This document shows positions 10,882 to 22,228 of a stretch of 64,000 nucleotides of DNA, piece by piece. Source of the stretch: Halodesulfurarchaeum sp. (GTDB lineage: Archaea > Halobacteriota > Halobacteria > Halobacteriales > Halobacteriaceae); assembly GCA_034520565.1 (NCBI GenBank), contig JAXHNL010000002.1, positions 1,472,001 to 1,536,000 on the forward strand. The letters are read 5' to 3'. The notes below the pieces were generated by a model that saw nothing but the letters and a program-made list of their open reading frames with translations, was not told the DNA's origin and did not search any database. Position numbers and translations under genes: made by a program. How positions within the stretch are numbered: position 1 is the stretch's first letter; each line of letters begins with the position of its first letter.

Positions 10882-13567
10882 ATGACGAACGCGGACCTCA
10901 CGGAATTTGGCGGCTCCTCGGACCCGCCAGCGGAGCAGTCGACCGAGGGACGGGCAGCCGAAGCCCGGGCCGTGGCCGGAAACGCCGATCCGGTCGTGAC
11001 CGAGATCATCTCGGCGGAGGCAAACGCCTTGCCGACGGCCGAGGAACTGGTCGAACTGGCAGTCACGCAGGTGGATTATACGGTTGAGGGGTCCGGCGAA
11101 CACGAGCGACCGGTCATTCACGTGTTCGGTCGGACGAGCGAGGACGACCTCGAACACGTCCGGGTTCACGGGTTTCGACCGTACTTTTATGCCCCAACCG
11201 ACACCCTCGACGAGCGCGATTTTGCCCGGGACGCGATCACCGGGCACGAGGACGGGTTCGAGAGCATTCGGGGCGAATCGTTGACCCGCATCTACGCCCG
11301 GATCCCTCGGGACGTCGGCGCAATGCGGGACGAGTTCGAGCATTATGAGGCTGACATTCTCTTCCCGAACCGCTTCCTCGTGGACCGGGACATCACGAGT
11401 GGCGTCGCTGTCCCCCTCCGGCGGGGGGATGACGGCGCCATCTACGCGCACGCCGAGGAGGTCGATCCGGTCGAACTGAGTCCGAACCTGCGGGTCAACA
11501 CCTTCGACATCGAAGTCGACGATCGCTCGGGATTCCCCGAGGACGGTGAAGAACCCATTATTAGCATCTCGAGTCACGATTCCTACCGGGACGAGTACAT
11601 CACCTGGCTCACCGAGCCAGCGGATAGTTCGGCTCCTATCCCTGACGATCTGCCCGATCACGAGCCGCTCGCCGACGAGGGGTCGATCGAGGTCAGGACC
11701 TTCGGGGAAGAGGCGGCGATGCTCGAAGCGTTTCTCGACTACCTGGCGGAGACCGATCCGGACGTCCTGACGGGCTGGAATTTCGCGGACTTCGACGCGC
11801 CGTACCTGCTCGACAGGCTGGACGTCGTGGGTCTCGATCCGAACCGGCTCTCCCGCGTGAACGAAGTCTGGCGGAGCGACTGGCAGGGACCGAGCGTCAA
11901 GGGCCGGGTCGTCTTCGACCTGCTTTATGCCTACCAGCGCACCCAGTTTTCCGAACTGGACTCCTATCGACTCGAGGCAGTCGCCGAGGAGGAGGTCGGC
12001 GTGGGCAAGGAACGGTATACCGGCGACATCGGCGACCTCTGGGAGGACGATCCGGAGCGGCTTCTGGAATACAACCTCCGGGACGTGGAACTCTGTGTGG
12101 AGATCGATCGTCGCCAGAACATCATCGACTTCTGGGAGGAGGTCGCGGAGTTCGTCGGCTGCAAACTTGAGGACGCGACGACACCGGGAGACGCCGTGGA
12201 CATGTACGTTCTCCACAAGGTGTTCGGGGAGTTTGCCGTCCCGTCAAAGGGCCAGCAGGCAAGCGAGGATTACGAAGGAGGAGCCGTCTTCGATCCGATT
12301 ACCGGCGTCAGGGAGATGGTGACGGTCCTCGATCTGAAGAGCCTGTATCCGATGTGCATGGTGACAATCAACGCCTCGCCGGAGACGAAAGTCGATCCTG
12401 AAACCTACGACGGGGACACCTACCGTGCGCCGAACGGGACTCACTTTCGAACCGAGCCGGACGGCATCATCCGCGAAATGGTCACCGAACTCCTCTCCGA
12501 ACGGGAGGAGAAGAAGGCACTGCGAAACGAGCACGATCCCGAGAGCGACGAATACCGGCTTTACGACCAGCAACAGGCCGCCGTGAAGGTCATCATGAAC
12601 TCACTCTACGGCGTCCTGGGCTGGGAGCGGTTCCGCCTCTACGACAAGGAGATGGGGGCTGCGGTTACGGCGACGGGTCGAGCGGTCATCGAATTCACGG
12701 AACAGGCTGCAAACGAGCGGGGACTGGAGGTCATCTACGGCGACACCGATTCGGTCATGCTCGAACTCGGCGAGGACGTCTCCGTCGAGGAAGCCATCGA
12801 AAAATCCCACGCCCTCGAAGCGTACATCAACGACTCCTACGACGAGTTCGCGAAGTCCGAACTCGACGCAGACGAACATCGCTTCGAGATCGAGTTCGAA
12901 AAGCTCTATCGACGCTTCTTCCAGGCGGGCAAGAAGAAGCGATACGCCGGGCACATCGTCTGGAAGGAGGGCAAGGCGGTCGATGACATCGACATAACCG
13001 GGTTCGAGTACAAGCGCTCGGACATCGCCCCGATAACGAAGGAGGTCCAGAAGGACGTCATCGAGCGCAATCGTGACCGAGGGTGACATCGTGGGCGTCA
13101 AGGAGTACGTCCACGAGGTGATCGAGGACTATCAGGCCGGCCAGGTGAGTCTCGACGACGTCGGCATCCCGGGCGGGATCGGCAAGCGGCTCGACGATTA
13201 CGAGACCGACACGGCTCACGTCCGCGGAGCGAAGTACGCAAACCTCCTGTTGGGAACGAATTTCACCCGCGGGAGCAAACCGAAGCGCCTCTATCTGAAG
13301 AAGGTTCATCCAAGCTTCTGGCGGCGGATCGAATCCGAGAACCCGGACATGGAGACCGACCAACGGTACCTCGAATTCAAGCGGGACCCCGACGTGATCT
13401 GTTATGAGTACGCAGATCAGCTCCCGGAGGAGTTCGAAATCGACTGGCCCAAGATGCTCGAAAAAACCCTCAGGGGCCCGATATCTCGCGTTCTCGAGGC
13501 ACTCGAAATTTCCTGGGAGGAGGTTCGGGACGGGCAAACCCAGACCGGTCTCGGTCAGTATATGTAA
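10882..13567 (+). CDS. polB: Family B DNA polymerase PolB1, no intein (frameshift near 13070)
   Basis: Exo motifs FDIE, NFADFD, YNLRD; pol motifs DLKSLYP, KVIMNSLYG, YGDTDS, KKRY; extra A near 13070. Confidence 0.95.
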
Positions 13568-13580
13568 CTCGGGGGACGGA

Positions 13581-15350
13581 TTAGGCGGCCTTGGGCAATC
13601 GAATCCGGACGATCGATCCCTCCGGCTTGTTCTCGTCGAATTCGAGTTCGCCTCGTGATTCTTCGACGATCCAGTGGACGACCCACAGGCCGAGACCACT
13701 GGTATGTTCGAGACTCGACTCGATGCCCTGCTCGAGGGGCTCGACTTCTGCCTCGGGTATCCCGGGGCCATTGTCCGTGACTTCGACGGTTGCGACGTCG
13801 TCGTCGGCCGGATAGCTGACGGTGACCGAAACCTGCCTTTCCTCGGCGTCGTTGTGAACGATCGCGTTACTGCAGAGTTCGGAGAGTGCTTCATCGAGGC
13901 TGGCCGAGGCCCGCACGGGAGCCGACTTCGGAACGTCGAACGTGACAGTCGCGTTGGGATTTTCGTTCCGACAGCTGAGTGCGCTCGCCGGAACGAGTTC
14001 GGCGAGATCGACGACCTCCGTTTGCGGTTCCGTGTTTTTCCATGCCCCCTCCATGTAGCGCGCGTTTTCGCCCAGTCGGTAGAGCCGGTTCGCCTCCGAC
14101 CGGATCGTTTCGAGTATCCGGGTTACCGACCCTCGTGAGTTTAGTGCCAGCTCTGCGTTGCCCCGGATGATGCTCACTGCGGACCGAATGTCGTGGCGCA
14201 AAATGCGATTGACCACCGACAGTCGCTCTTTGAGTTCGATGCGATCGGTGATATCAGTCTGAATGGCGACGTAGGCCGTGATCGTCCCGTTTTTCCGTAT
14301 CGGTGCGATGGTCTGTTGAGCGTGATACAGCTTGCCGGACTTCCGCTGGTTGATCACCTCTTCGTTCCATATCTTTCCAGCTTTGAGGTGCGCCCAGAGT
14401 TCCGCGTAGTGGTCGTCGCTCATCTCGCCGGACTTCATGATTTTCGGGGTGTTGCCCACGGCCTCGGAAGACGAGTACCCAGTCACGGTTTCGAAGGCAG
14501 GATTGACGTATTCGATCGTGGCGTCGGTATCGGTGATGTAAATCGCGTGACCCGAAGCATCGACTGCCCGTTTCATTCGATGCCACTCGCGTTCGCGCTC
14601 TTTCCGTTCGGAGATGTCTCTGGCGACGAGAAGGACACCTTCGATCCCGTCGATTTCGGGGCGGTGGACCCCGGTGGTCTCGATCCACGTCCACTCGCCA
14701 TCGGCCGTTCGGAATCGTGCTTCGATCGATCCGAAGTCGGACGACTCGACGACCAACTGGTTGAAGGCGGCAGCCACTTCTTCGACGTCGTCCGGATGGA
14801 TCAAATCGAGGGTTTCGGTTCCCGTCAACTGGGCGGGCTTGTAACCGAAAATCTTCTCGACTGCCGGGCTGACGTATTCGATTACGCCCCGCTCGTTGAA
14901 CAGCGCAATGACGTCCCCGGAGTGTTCGACCAAGGACCGGAAGCGCTTCAGCTCCCGCTCGTCGTTCTTGCGGTCGGTGATCTCCCGATCGATGGCCGAA
15001 AATCCGGCAACGGACCCATTTTCGTCGTACTGGGGGAGTTTGTGGATCGAATACCAGTGGAGGGACCCGTCCGGATGTGTCACTTCTCGCTCGCGACCGA
15101 CGACCCGGTTCCCGCTGAGGGCCCGTTCTTCGTCCGTGACGATTTCTCTCGCCTCGTCCTCGGGCCAGAGATCCCAGGCGGTCCGTCCGAGAAGCGACTC
15201 CGTCTCGTCGCCGAAGATGTTAGCGTAGCTCTCCCCGTAGTAGACCAGTTCGTGGTCCGTGTCTTTGAAATAGACGAGGTCGGGGGAGGTCTCGACCACG
15301 GATTCGAGAAGCTCTCGGTAGAACGATTCGTCCCGTCGGTCCGTGGTCAT
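13581..15350 (-). CDS. Multi-PAS sensor histidine kinase
   Basis: Three PAS/PAC units, RHDIRS H-box, NAIVHN, DNGPGIP, GLGLW. Confidence 0.9.
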   Translation of the reverse strand: MTTDRRDESFYRELLESVVETSPDLVYFKDTDHELVYYGESYANIFGDETESLLGRTAWDLWPEDEAREIVTDEERALSGNRVVGREREVTHPDGSLHWYSIHKLPQYDENGSVAGFSAIDREITDRKNDERELKRFRSLVEHSGDVIALFNERGVIEYVSPAVEKIFGYKPAQLTGTETLDLIHPDDVEEVAAAFNQLVVESSDFGSIEARFRTADGEWTWIETTGVHRPEIDGIEGVLLVARDISERKEREREWHRMKRAVDASGHAIYITDTDATIEYVNPAFETVTGYSSSEAVGNTPKIMKSGEMSDDHYAELWAHLKAGKIWNEEVINQRKSGKLYHAQQTIAPIRKNGTITAYVAIQTDITDRIELKERLSVVNRILRHDIRSAVSIIRGNAELALNSRGSVTRILETIRSEANRLYRLGENARYMEGAWKNTEPQTEVVDLAELVPASALSCRNENPNATVTFDVPKSAPVRASASLDEALSELCSNAIVHNDAEERQVSVTVSYPADDDVATVEVTDNGPGIPEAEVEPLEQGIESSLEHTSGLGLWVVHWIVEESRGELEFDENKPEGSIVRIRLPKAA

Positions 15351-15858
15351 CTGCTCGGGTGGTGGATAGATACCGCTAAAAGGTTTCTCATCCGTCGAAT
15401 TTGTGTGGAAAGCGGTACTCAGATGAGCCCGCTGTTGGTGGCTCCAATACATCGAACCTCATGGATTGGAGTCGAACGCGGCACACTTGTCTAGCCGGAA
15501 GCGGTCGGTTTCGGCGATCAATGAGTGATTTTGGCTGGCGGCGGTAACCACTCTTTTCGGCGATTACCCCCGGTTTGGTAACGCTCCCTGGGCCGTACCG
15601 CTCCGTAAAGGGCTCGCCGTCTTCGGGCCCGAACTCGGTTCGAACCGTCGTCGGATCGTCGACGATGGCGGCTTCCTTCTTGCAAACGTCGGCCACGATA
15701 AGCGTTCGACCGCCGAATTATCCAATATTTGTCATAGTTTACGTTCCGTTTCGGCGGGCTTGAGAATCGGTGAACCGGAACCGTAAGCCCGGCTCAATGC
15801 GTTCGAAATGTCGGTTGGCCGCCGGATGCGCAAGCATTAAACGTTTCTCAGCCGTTAT

Positions 15859-15872
15859 TTAGGATGACCTAA
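15859..15872. promoter_or_regulatory. DtxR/Idr-family iron-repressor operator (TTAGG-N4-CCTAA)
   Basis: Perfect inverted repeat TTAGGatgaCCTAA 3 nt before the sufC ATG. Confidence 0.7.
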
Positions 15873-15875
15873 TCA

Positions 15876-16773
15876 ATGGCGACAATCGAACTCGAGAACG
15901 TACACGCGACGGTAACGGACGGGGACGAGCAGATCCTCAAGGGCGTCGATCTCGAAGTGGCTTCAAACGAGATTCATGCGCTCATGGGGCCGAACGGAAG
16001 CGGGAAATCGACGACTGCGAAAGTCATCGCGGGCCACCCGGCGTATACGGTCACGGAGGGCGAAATTCTTCTCCACCTCGAAGCGGATGACTTCCCGGAC
16101 GTCGAGATCCCGGAGGACAAGCGCACGTGGAGCCTGCTCGACCTCGAACCCCACGAGCGGGCTGCACTCGGCATCTACCTTGGCTTCCAGTATCCCGTCG
16201 AGATCGAAGGCGTGACCCTGTCGAATTTCCTCAGGACCGCGCTCAACGCAAAGCTCGAAGAGCGGGATGAACTGCTCTTCGGTGAAGACGACGAGGAGGA
16301 CGACGAGGACGGGTACGAGACGGACCCGCGAGAGGGCCCACAGGACGAGGGACCCGTCAGCGTCGACGAATTCCACGACCTCCTCCAGGAAAATGGAACT
16401 CCTCGACATGGACGGGAGTTTCGCGCGCAGGTACCTCAACGTCGGTTTCTCCGGCGGGGAGAAAAAACAAAACGAGGTCTTACAGGCTGCCCTCCTCGAG
16501 CCGGTGGTCGCGGTCCTCGACGAGATCGACTCCGGGCTCGACATCGACCGGCTCCAGGACGTTTCGAAGGGGATCAACGCCCTGCGGGACGAGCAGGGAA
16601 CCGGCGTGCTGCAGATCACGCACTATCAGCGGATCCTCGATTACGTCGAGCCGGACCAGGTCCACATCATGCTCGACGGCGAAATCGTGATGGAGGGCGA
16701 CGCCCAGCTCGCGAAGGACCTCGAGGACCACGGGTACGACTGGGTACGCGACCAGGTCTACGGGGCGGCATAA
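15876..16773 (+). CDS. sufC: Fe-S assembly ATPase SufC (frameshift near 16392)
   Basis: [36 protein letters not shown]. Confidence 0.93.
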
Positions 16774-16785
16774 GGTGATATCCCA

Positions 16786-18213
16786 ATGAGTTCAGATTCA
16801 AACCTCGAGGACGCCGACACGGAGAAGCGATTCGAGTTCAAAAAGGAGCAGTCCTCGGCCTTCGAGTCCAAGATCGGACTCAACGAGGAGACGGTTCGGG
16901 TCATCTCCGAGGACAAGGACGAACCCGAGTGGATGCTCGAACGCCGTCTCAAGTCCCTCGAGCACTACAAGAACATGCCGATGCCGACGGACTGGCCGGG
17001 ACAACCGGATCTGTCGGGATTGGACGTCGAGAAAATCATCCCGTACATTCGTCCGGACGTCGAGACCCGCGGCGAAGCCGAAAGCTGGGAGGACCTCCCG
17101 GACGAAATCCAGGACACCTTCGACAAACTCGGCATCCCCGAGGCCGAAAAGGAGGCGCTCTCGGGCGTCGGCGCTCAGTACGAGTCCGAGGTCGTCTACC
17201 AGAACATGAAAGAACAGTGGGAGAAGAAGGGGGTCATCTTCATGAACATGGACCGGGCCGTCCAGGAGCACCCGGAAATCGTGAAGGAGTACTTCATGAC
17301 CAAGGCCGTCCCACCGAGCGACAACAAGTTCGCCGCCCTGCACGGGGCGGTCTGGTCCGGTGGCTCGTTCGTGTACATTCCCGAAGACGTCGCCGTGGAG
17401 ATGCCGGTCCAGGCTTACTTCCGGATGAATTCGGAGGGGATGGGCCAGTTCGAGCACACCCTCATCGTCGCCGAACCCGGTTCCGAGGTCCACTACATCG
17501 AAGGCTGCTCGGCCCCGCAGTACGCCACACACAACCTTCACTCGGGGGCCGTCGAGGTCTTCGTGAAGGAGGACGCGCACGTCCAGTACTCCACGGTGCA
17601 AAACTGGTCGAAGAACACCTACAACCTGAACACGAAGCGGGCCCACGTCGACGGGAACGGCACGATGGAGTGGATTTCGGGCAGTATGGGGTCGAAGGCC
17701 ACCATGCTTTACCCGTGTTCGATCCTCAAGGGTGAAGGAGCGACCGACACCCACATCACGATCGCCTTCGCCGGCGAAGGTCAGGACATCGACACCGGAG
17801 CGAAGGTCTACCACACCGCTCCGAACACCAAGTCCACGATCGAGTCCAAGTCCATCAGCAAGGACGGCGGCCGGACGAACTACCGCGGCCTGGTCCACAT
17901 CGGCAACGGCGCCGAGAACTCCTCGACGAGTGTGGAGTGTGACGCCCTGATGTTCGACAACGAGTCAACCTCCGACACCATGCCGTACATGGAGATCAAC
18001 GAGTCGAAGGTGGACGTCGCCCACGAGGCCACGGTCGGCAAGATCGGCGACGAGGACGTCTTCTATCTCCAATCCCGCGGCCTGGACGACGACGACGCGA
18101 AGAAGATGATCGTCGCCGGCTTCATCGAGCCGATCACGGAGGAACTGCCACTCGAGTACGCGGTCGAACTGAACCGCCTGATCGAACTCGAAATGGAGGG
18201 CAGTCTCGGATGA
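16786..18213 (+). CDS. sufB: Fe-S assembly protein SufB
   Basis: GVGAQYESE, GQFEHTL, YIEGC, CDAL, HEATVGKI. Confidence 0.96.
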   Translation: MSSDSNLEDADTEKRFEFKKEQSSAFESKIGLNEETVRVISEDKDEPEWMLERRLKSLEHYKNMPMPTDWPGQPDLSGLDVEKIIPYIRPDVETRGEAESWEDLPDEIQDTFDKLGIPEAEKEALSGVGAQYESEVVYQNMKEQWEKKGVIFMNMDRAVQEHPEIVKEYFMTKAVPPSDNKFAALHGAVWSGGSFVYIPEDVAVEMPVQAYFRMNSEGMGQFEHTLIVAEPGSEVHYIEGCSAPQYATHNLHSGAVEVFVKEDAHVQYSTVQNWSKNTYNLNTKRAHVDGNGTMEWISGSMGSKATMLYPCSILKGEGATDTHITIAFAGEGQDIDTGAKVYHTAPNTKSTIESKSISKDGGRTNYRGLVHIGNGAENSSTSVECDALMFDNESTSDTMPYMEINESKVDVAHEATVGKIGDEDVFYLQSRGLDDDDAKKMIVAGFIEPITEELPLEYAVELNRLIELEMEGSLG

Positions 18214-19424
18214 GCACGACGGAAGTCTTCCGCGAAGCGGTCGATCGCGGGACGGTCGAAGCGGTCGCCGAGCAGTTCGACGAGCCCGACTGGCTGGTCG
18301 AAACACGGCTCTCCGCTCTCGAAGCCCTGGAGGACCTCGAATTCCCGCCGGTCATCCAGACGCCGGGTCGAAAGTGGACCGACCTCGAGAGCCTCGATTT
18401 CGAGGCGCTCGTCGATCCGTTGTCTCAGCCGGTCGAGACGAGCCGAACGACGGTCGAAGGGGCGACCGTCAGCTCGATTCCGGAGTTCCTCGAAGCGGAA
18501 CCCGAGCTGTTCGAGGCGTACTACGGGTCGGTCATCGATCCGGAAGCAAACCGGCTCGTGGCACTCGGGACGGCCCTCCGCTCGGGCGGAACGGTCGTTC
18601 ACGTTCCCGAGGGCGTCGATGCTGGCACCGTCGAGATCGAATCGACGATGAACGGTCGATCGCTCCTCGAATACACGCTCGTCATTGCGGAGCCGAACAG
18701 TTCGGTGACCGTCGCGGACCGGCGATCGTCCGGCGAGGGCGTCGACGAATCCCGCTACTTCGGCGGGACCGTCGAGATCGTCGCCGAGGAGAACGCGACG
18801 GTGAACTACGGTTCACTCCAGCAGTTCGACGACCACACGTACGCCTACACGAAGTCACAGGGCCGGGCGGAAACCTATGCCACCGTCAACTGGCTCGAGG
18901 GCAATCTGGGTGCTCAGTTGCGAAAGTCCGAGGTCGGCACGACGCTGGCCGGTGACGGCTCCGAGACGAAAACAGTCGGCGCGTTTTTCGGCCGTGGGAA
19001 ACAGCATTTCGACCTCGACGCTCGCGTTTGGCACCGGGCCGAGCACACGACGGCCGATCTGGTAACCCGTGGCGTCGTCGACGATCGCGCTCGGTCGGTC
19101 TACGAGGGGACCCAGGACGTCGGCAAGGACGCCTGGGACACGAGTTCGTATCAGCGAGAAAACACCCTGATGCTATCCGATAGGAGTGAGGCGGACGCAT
19201 CACCGAAACTCATCATCAACAACCACGACACGGAAGCGTCCCACTCGGCGACGGTCGGACAGGTCGACGAGCTGGATCTCTTCTACATGACATCACGTGG
19301 TGTTCCGGAACAAAGGGCTCGAAACATGCTCGTGGAGGGCTTTTTCGTCCCGGTCCTCGAGGAGATGGACGTCGAGTCGGTGCGAACGGACTTCGAAGCC
19401 GGTGTCGCGGCTCGACTCGAGTAG
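18210..19424 (+). CDS. sufD: Fe-S assembly protein SufD
   Basis: SPKLII, ASHSATVG, LFYMTSRG; overlaps the sufB stop. Confidence 0.93.
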   Translation: MSTTEVFREAVDRGTVEAVAEQFDEPDWLVETRLSALEALEDLEFPPVIQTPGRKWTDLESLDFEALVDPLSQPVETSRTTVEGATVSSIPEFLEAEPELFEAYYGSVIDPEANRLVALGTALRSGGTVVHVPEGVDAGTVEIESTMNGRSLLEYTLVIAEPNSSVTVADRRSSGEGVDESRYFGGTVEIVAEENATVNYGSLQQFDDHTYAYTKSQGRAETYATVNWLEGNLGAQLRKSEVGTTLAGDGSETKTVGAFFGRGKQHFDLDARVWHRAEHTTADLVTRGVVDDRARSVYEGTQDVGKDAWDTSSYQRENTLMLSDRSEADASPKLIINNHDTEASHSATVGQVDELDLFYMTSRGVPEQRARNMLVEGFFVPVLEEMDVESVRTDFEAGVAARLE

Positions 19425-19477
19425 ACCCGAATCGAAGCCGTCACACCTTTATTCGGTTCAGTCGAATTGCGGGTCGA

Positions 19478-19550
19478 AGTCCCGTGGTGTAGCGGCCAAT
19501 CATAGTGGCCTTTGGAGCCACTGACGGCGGTTCGAATCCGCCCGGGACTA
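19478..19550 (+). tRNA. tRNA-Gln (anticodon TTG)
   Basis: Acceptor AGTCCCG/CGGGACT, anticodon arm GTGGC-CTTTGGA-GCCAC, T-loop GGTTCGAATCC; upstream TTTATT and downstream T run. Confidence 0.95.
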
Positions 19551-19805
19551 TTTTCTCGTAACGGAAGGTGAGCGAGATGCCCCGGGATTCGTCGGTCCAG
19601 GAAACGAGTGAAGCGCGTTTTCGCGGTTCGCATTCACCCGAGACCGTATATCTCCGACATCGAGTCCACCTGGAACTGTAATTCCGTTGGCGCCCTCCGA
19701 ATTCTGGACCAGGAATTTGCCCAGAAAGCCATGACGAACGAACTGGACACCAACATGTGTCACTGTTTCACAAATCATTTCCTCTTGGAAATACAATCGA
19801 TTGAT

Positions 19806-20222
19806 ATGGCATCGGATCAATGGACGGACCGACGAACGTACCTCAGTACACGGAGCGGCGGCTATCGCAACTCTGGCCGGATGTAGTGGTGGAGATGGAG
19901 GAGATGGGGAACCAGAGCCGAATCACGACGTTCCGCATCCGACGACGATACTGTCCCGGACGCCGAGGCGACTGGGGTGGCATTTGAAGGCGAGGAACGG
20001 AACCCGGATATCGTTCAAGCAAAGGACGCAGACGCCGTCGGTTATCAGCACACGCCAAGTGGCAGCAACTATTGTGGCAATTGTGAAGAGTACGTTCCGG
20101 ACGCTGACGGGGACGGATATGGTGCGTGTCTTCTCGTTGCAGGAAAAATACATCCCTGTGATTACTGTGGTCTCTATCAGGGACCGTACGAAGGTGACGA
20201 CGTCGCGACCTGCTCGATGTAG
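19806..20222 (+). CDS. HiPIP-like (high-potential Fe-S) Tat lipoprotein, two indels in the N-terminal part
   Basis: Reconstructed MASDQWTDRRTYL..ATLAGC signal/lipobox; C-terminal YQ..YCGNC...GAC..VAGKI..DYC. Confidence 0.7.
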
Positions 20223-20416
20223 GTTGACGGGGAAAACGTCTGGAAGTGTGAAAACTGACAGATCACGTTCCTGTAAGTCGAATCGGTTCTGGTCTCGAAT
20301 CAGGGAACGAATCGTCCCCTGAGGTTTTACGGCTGATACAACTGCGGGATTTCAAGGCTCACACCAGAAGGATAACAACGCTGACTGAGAAATCACTGCC
20401 AAACACTCCTCCTCGA

Positions 20417-20683
20417 ATGACCGTCGAAGAAACAACCGTCCCGGATGGAGCCACTCCCGCCGGCAGGTGTGAGTACTGTGGGCACCCGTTTCCAACGACG
20501 GAGCGGCTTGTTCTCCACAAGGGCGTCGAGCATCCACAACAGTTGGACACGGCAGAAGAGACGACGTTTCGAGCGGCTCGCTCGACCGAGGAAGACGAAC
20601 TGCGGACGCTTTTGTTACAGGCGGTCGGGGCCCTCGTCCTCCTGTACTTCAGCCTTCTCTTCACGTATGCCATCGTCACCTGA
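20417..20683 (+). CDS. C2H2 zinc-finger protein with C-terminal TM helix
   Basis: CEYC-x12-H-x4-H then a hydrophobic tail. Confidence 0.8.
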   Translation: MTVEETTVPDGATPAGRCEYCGHPFPTTERLVLHKGVEHPQQLDTAEETTFRAARSTEEDELRTLLLQAVGALVLLYFSLLFTYAIVT

Positions 20684-22175
20684 GTCTGACTCCGCCACCG
20701 GAACGGAGACGGAAACCCACTCCGCGTTACCGGCAGTGACGAAATTTGTGGGCCTGCGTGGCCCGCTCGTGTCTCGTCGAGCCGTCGGACACGTTTTCGT
20801 TCTGGTGGTGGTTGTTGCCCTGTTCGCCGGAACAGCGGCGGCGGGGAACGGCATGACCCTCTCGAAACAGACCCGTGATACCCTGACTGTTCCCAGGTGG
20901 CTGTACCTCGCGACCGGGGCCGCAGCTATCGGGGCCTCCGGGTTGCTTTCGGGCTTCGTGACTGATCGAGCGTTCATTCGTTCGATCCACGAATGGTCCC
21001 GTCCCGGTCCGACAGTCCGGGATTGGTGGCGGGTTTTCACCTGGCTCGGACGGGGCATTGGCCTCCTCGTCCTCGGACTCGTGATCTATTTCGGATTCAC
21101 GGGACCCCAGCTTCCGGCCGCCAGTTTGGCCGTTCTCGTTACGTTTGTACTCGTTCGCGCGGGGCTCCCAATGGTCACGTATCTCGGTGGGAACGTCTGG
21201 CCGCTTTTGAACCCGTGGCGACTGCTCGTTGCTCCGGTTCCGACCGGGTTCGTTCGGTATCCAGACCGACTCCACCGCTGGCCAGCTGTCGGAGGACTAC
21301 TGGGCATCGTCTGGATGGAAGTGTTCTTCCCGCTGAGTACGGTCCCGCGGGTGCTTTCGATGGCGATCGTCGGCTACACCGTGTATACCGTCGCCGGCGC
21401 CATCCTGTTCGGACCAGCTGCATGGTACGATAATGCCGATCCCTTGTCCGTTCTCTTCCGGTTTTTCGGCGCCGTGGCGCCGCTACAACGTCGAGATGAC
21501 GGACTTTCGATTACGCTTCCCGGAAACGAGCTGGCGGATTCGAACGCATTCTCTCATGAATCGGATGTCGCCTTCGTCATTGCCCTGATCTGGGAGCTCA
21601 CGTACAGTGGATTCATTACGACCGAAACCGGCGCCGCAACGATCGAGGCCGCCGTAAGGCTCCCCATCGCGTTTCTCGGGACACAAGCAAGAGCCAGTCT
21701 CGTGTACACGGGGCTTCTCGTCGGGGGCTTTGCCATTTTCGCTGGAGCGTATTGGTATGCGAGCGTGCTTTCCCGACGATATACGGGCACGTACGTCACC
21801 GCTCGACACATCGCATTACGGTTTGCACCGCCGCTGCTCGCGATCGCAGCCGGCTACCACCTGGCTCACTACGTTTCACTCGTCGTGTCACTCAGTCCGG
21901 CCCTTGGGATGGTGATCACGTCCCCACTTTCACCGCCGGCGAATCCGATCACGCTGGCGCCGCCGGGATGGTTTGACGGACTGAATATCGGCTTCGTACT
22001 CGTCGGACACGTTCTCGCCATCTGGGCCGCCCACGCGACGGCCTACGAGGTTTTTGCCAGCCGACTCGTCGCGATACGGAGTCAATATCCATTTATCGCA
22101 GTGATGATCGGCTACACGGTGATTAGCCTCTGGATCCTTTCACTTCCCGGTGCGATACCACCGTATTTGCCCTGA
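20667..22175 (+). CDS. Polytopic membrane protein of unknown function
   Basis: About 11-12 hydrophobic segments, motifs NPW and GYHLAHY; overlaps the zinc-finger gene. Confidence 0.8.
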   Translation: MPSSPESDSATGTETETHSALPAVTKFVGLRGPLVSRRAVGHVFVLVVVVALFAGTAAAGNGMTLSKQTRDTLTVPRWLYLATGAAAIGASGLLSGFVTDRAFIRSIHEWSRPGPTVRDWWRVFTWLGRGIGLLVLGLVIYFGFTGPQLPAASLAVLVTFVLVRAGLPMVTYLGGNVWPLLNPWRLLVAPVPTGFVRYPDRLHRWPAVGGLLGIVWMEVFFPLSTVPRVLSMAIVGYTVYTVAGAILFGPAAWYDNADPLSVLFRFFGAVAPLQRRDDGLSITLPGNELADSNAFSHESDVAFVIALIWELTYSGFITTETGAATIEAAVRLPIAFLGTQARASLVYTGLLVGGFAIFAGAYWYASVLSRRYTGTYVTARHIALRFAPPLLAIAAGYHLAHYVSLVVSLSPALGMVITSPLSPPANPITLAPPGWFDGLNIGFVLVGHVLAIWAAHATAYEVFASRLVAIRSQYPFIAVMIGYTVISLWILSLPGAIPPYLP

Positions 22176-22228
22176 ACGCCGGATCGATCGAACCGGTGGT
22201 GTCCTCATCGATCGTCCGGTATCCGAAA

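Noticed and set aside
10882-13567. Intein in PolB
   Set aside because: Polymerase motifs are uninterrupted and the length is normal
15388-15696. 102-aa ORF between the kinase and sufC
   Set aside because: No recognisable motif and a basic C-terminal half unlike host proteins; cannot support it
16270-16360. Acidic low-complexity insertion in SufC as a novelty
   Set aside because: Acidic inserts are usual in haloarchaeal SufC as I recall; consistent with halophilic adaptation
7533-16773. Frameshifts in rad50, polB and sufC as programmed frameshifting or pseudogenes
   Set aside because: Small indels are scattered over about ten unrelated genes, including essential ones, with no shared slippery motif; sequencing or assembly error is the simplest explanation
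19551-19800. ncRNA or gene remnant downstream of tRNA-Gln
   Set aside because: No convincing structure or homology could be identified by eye
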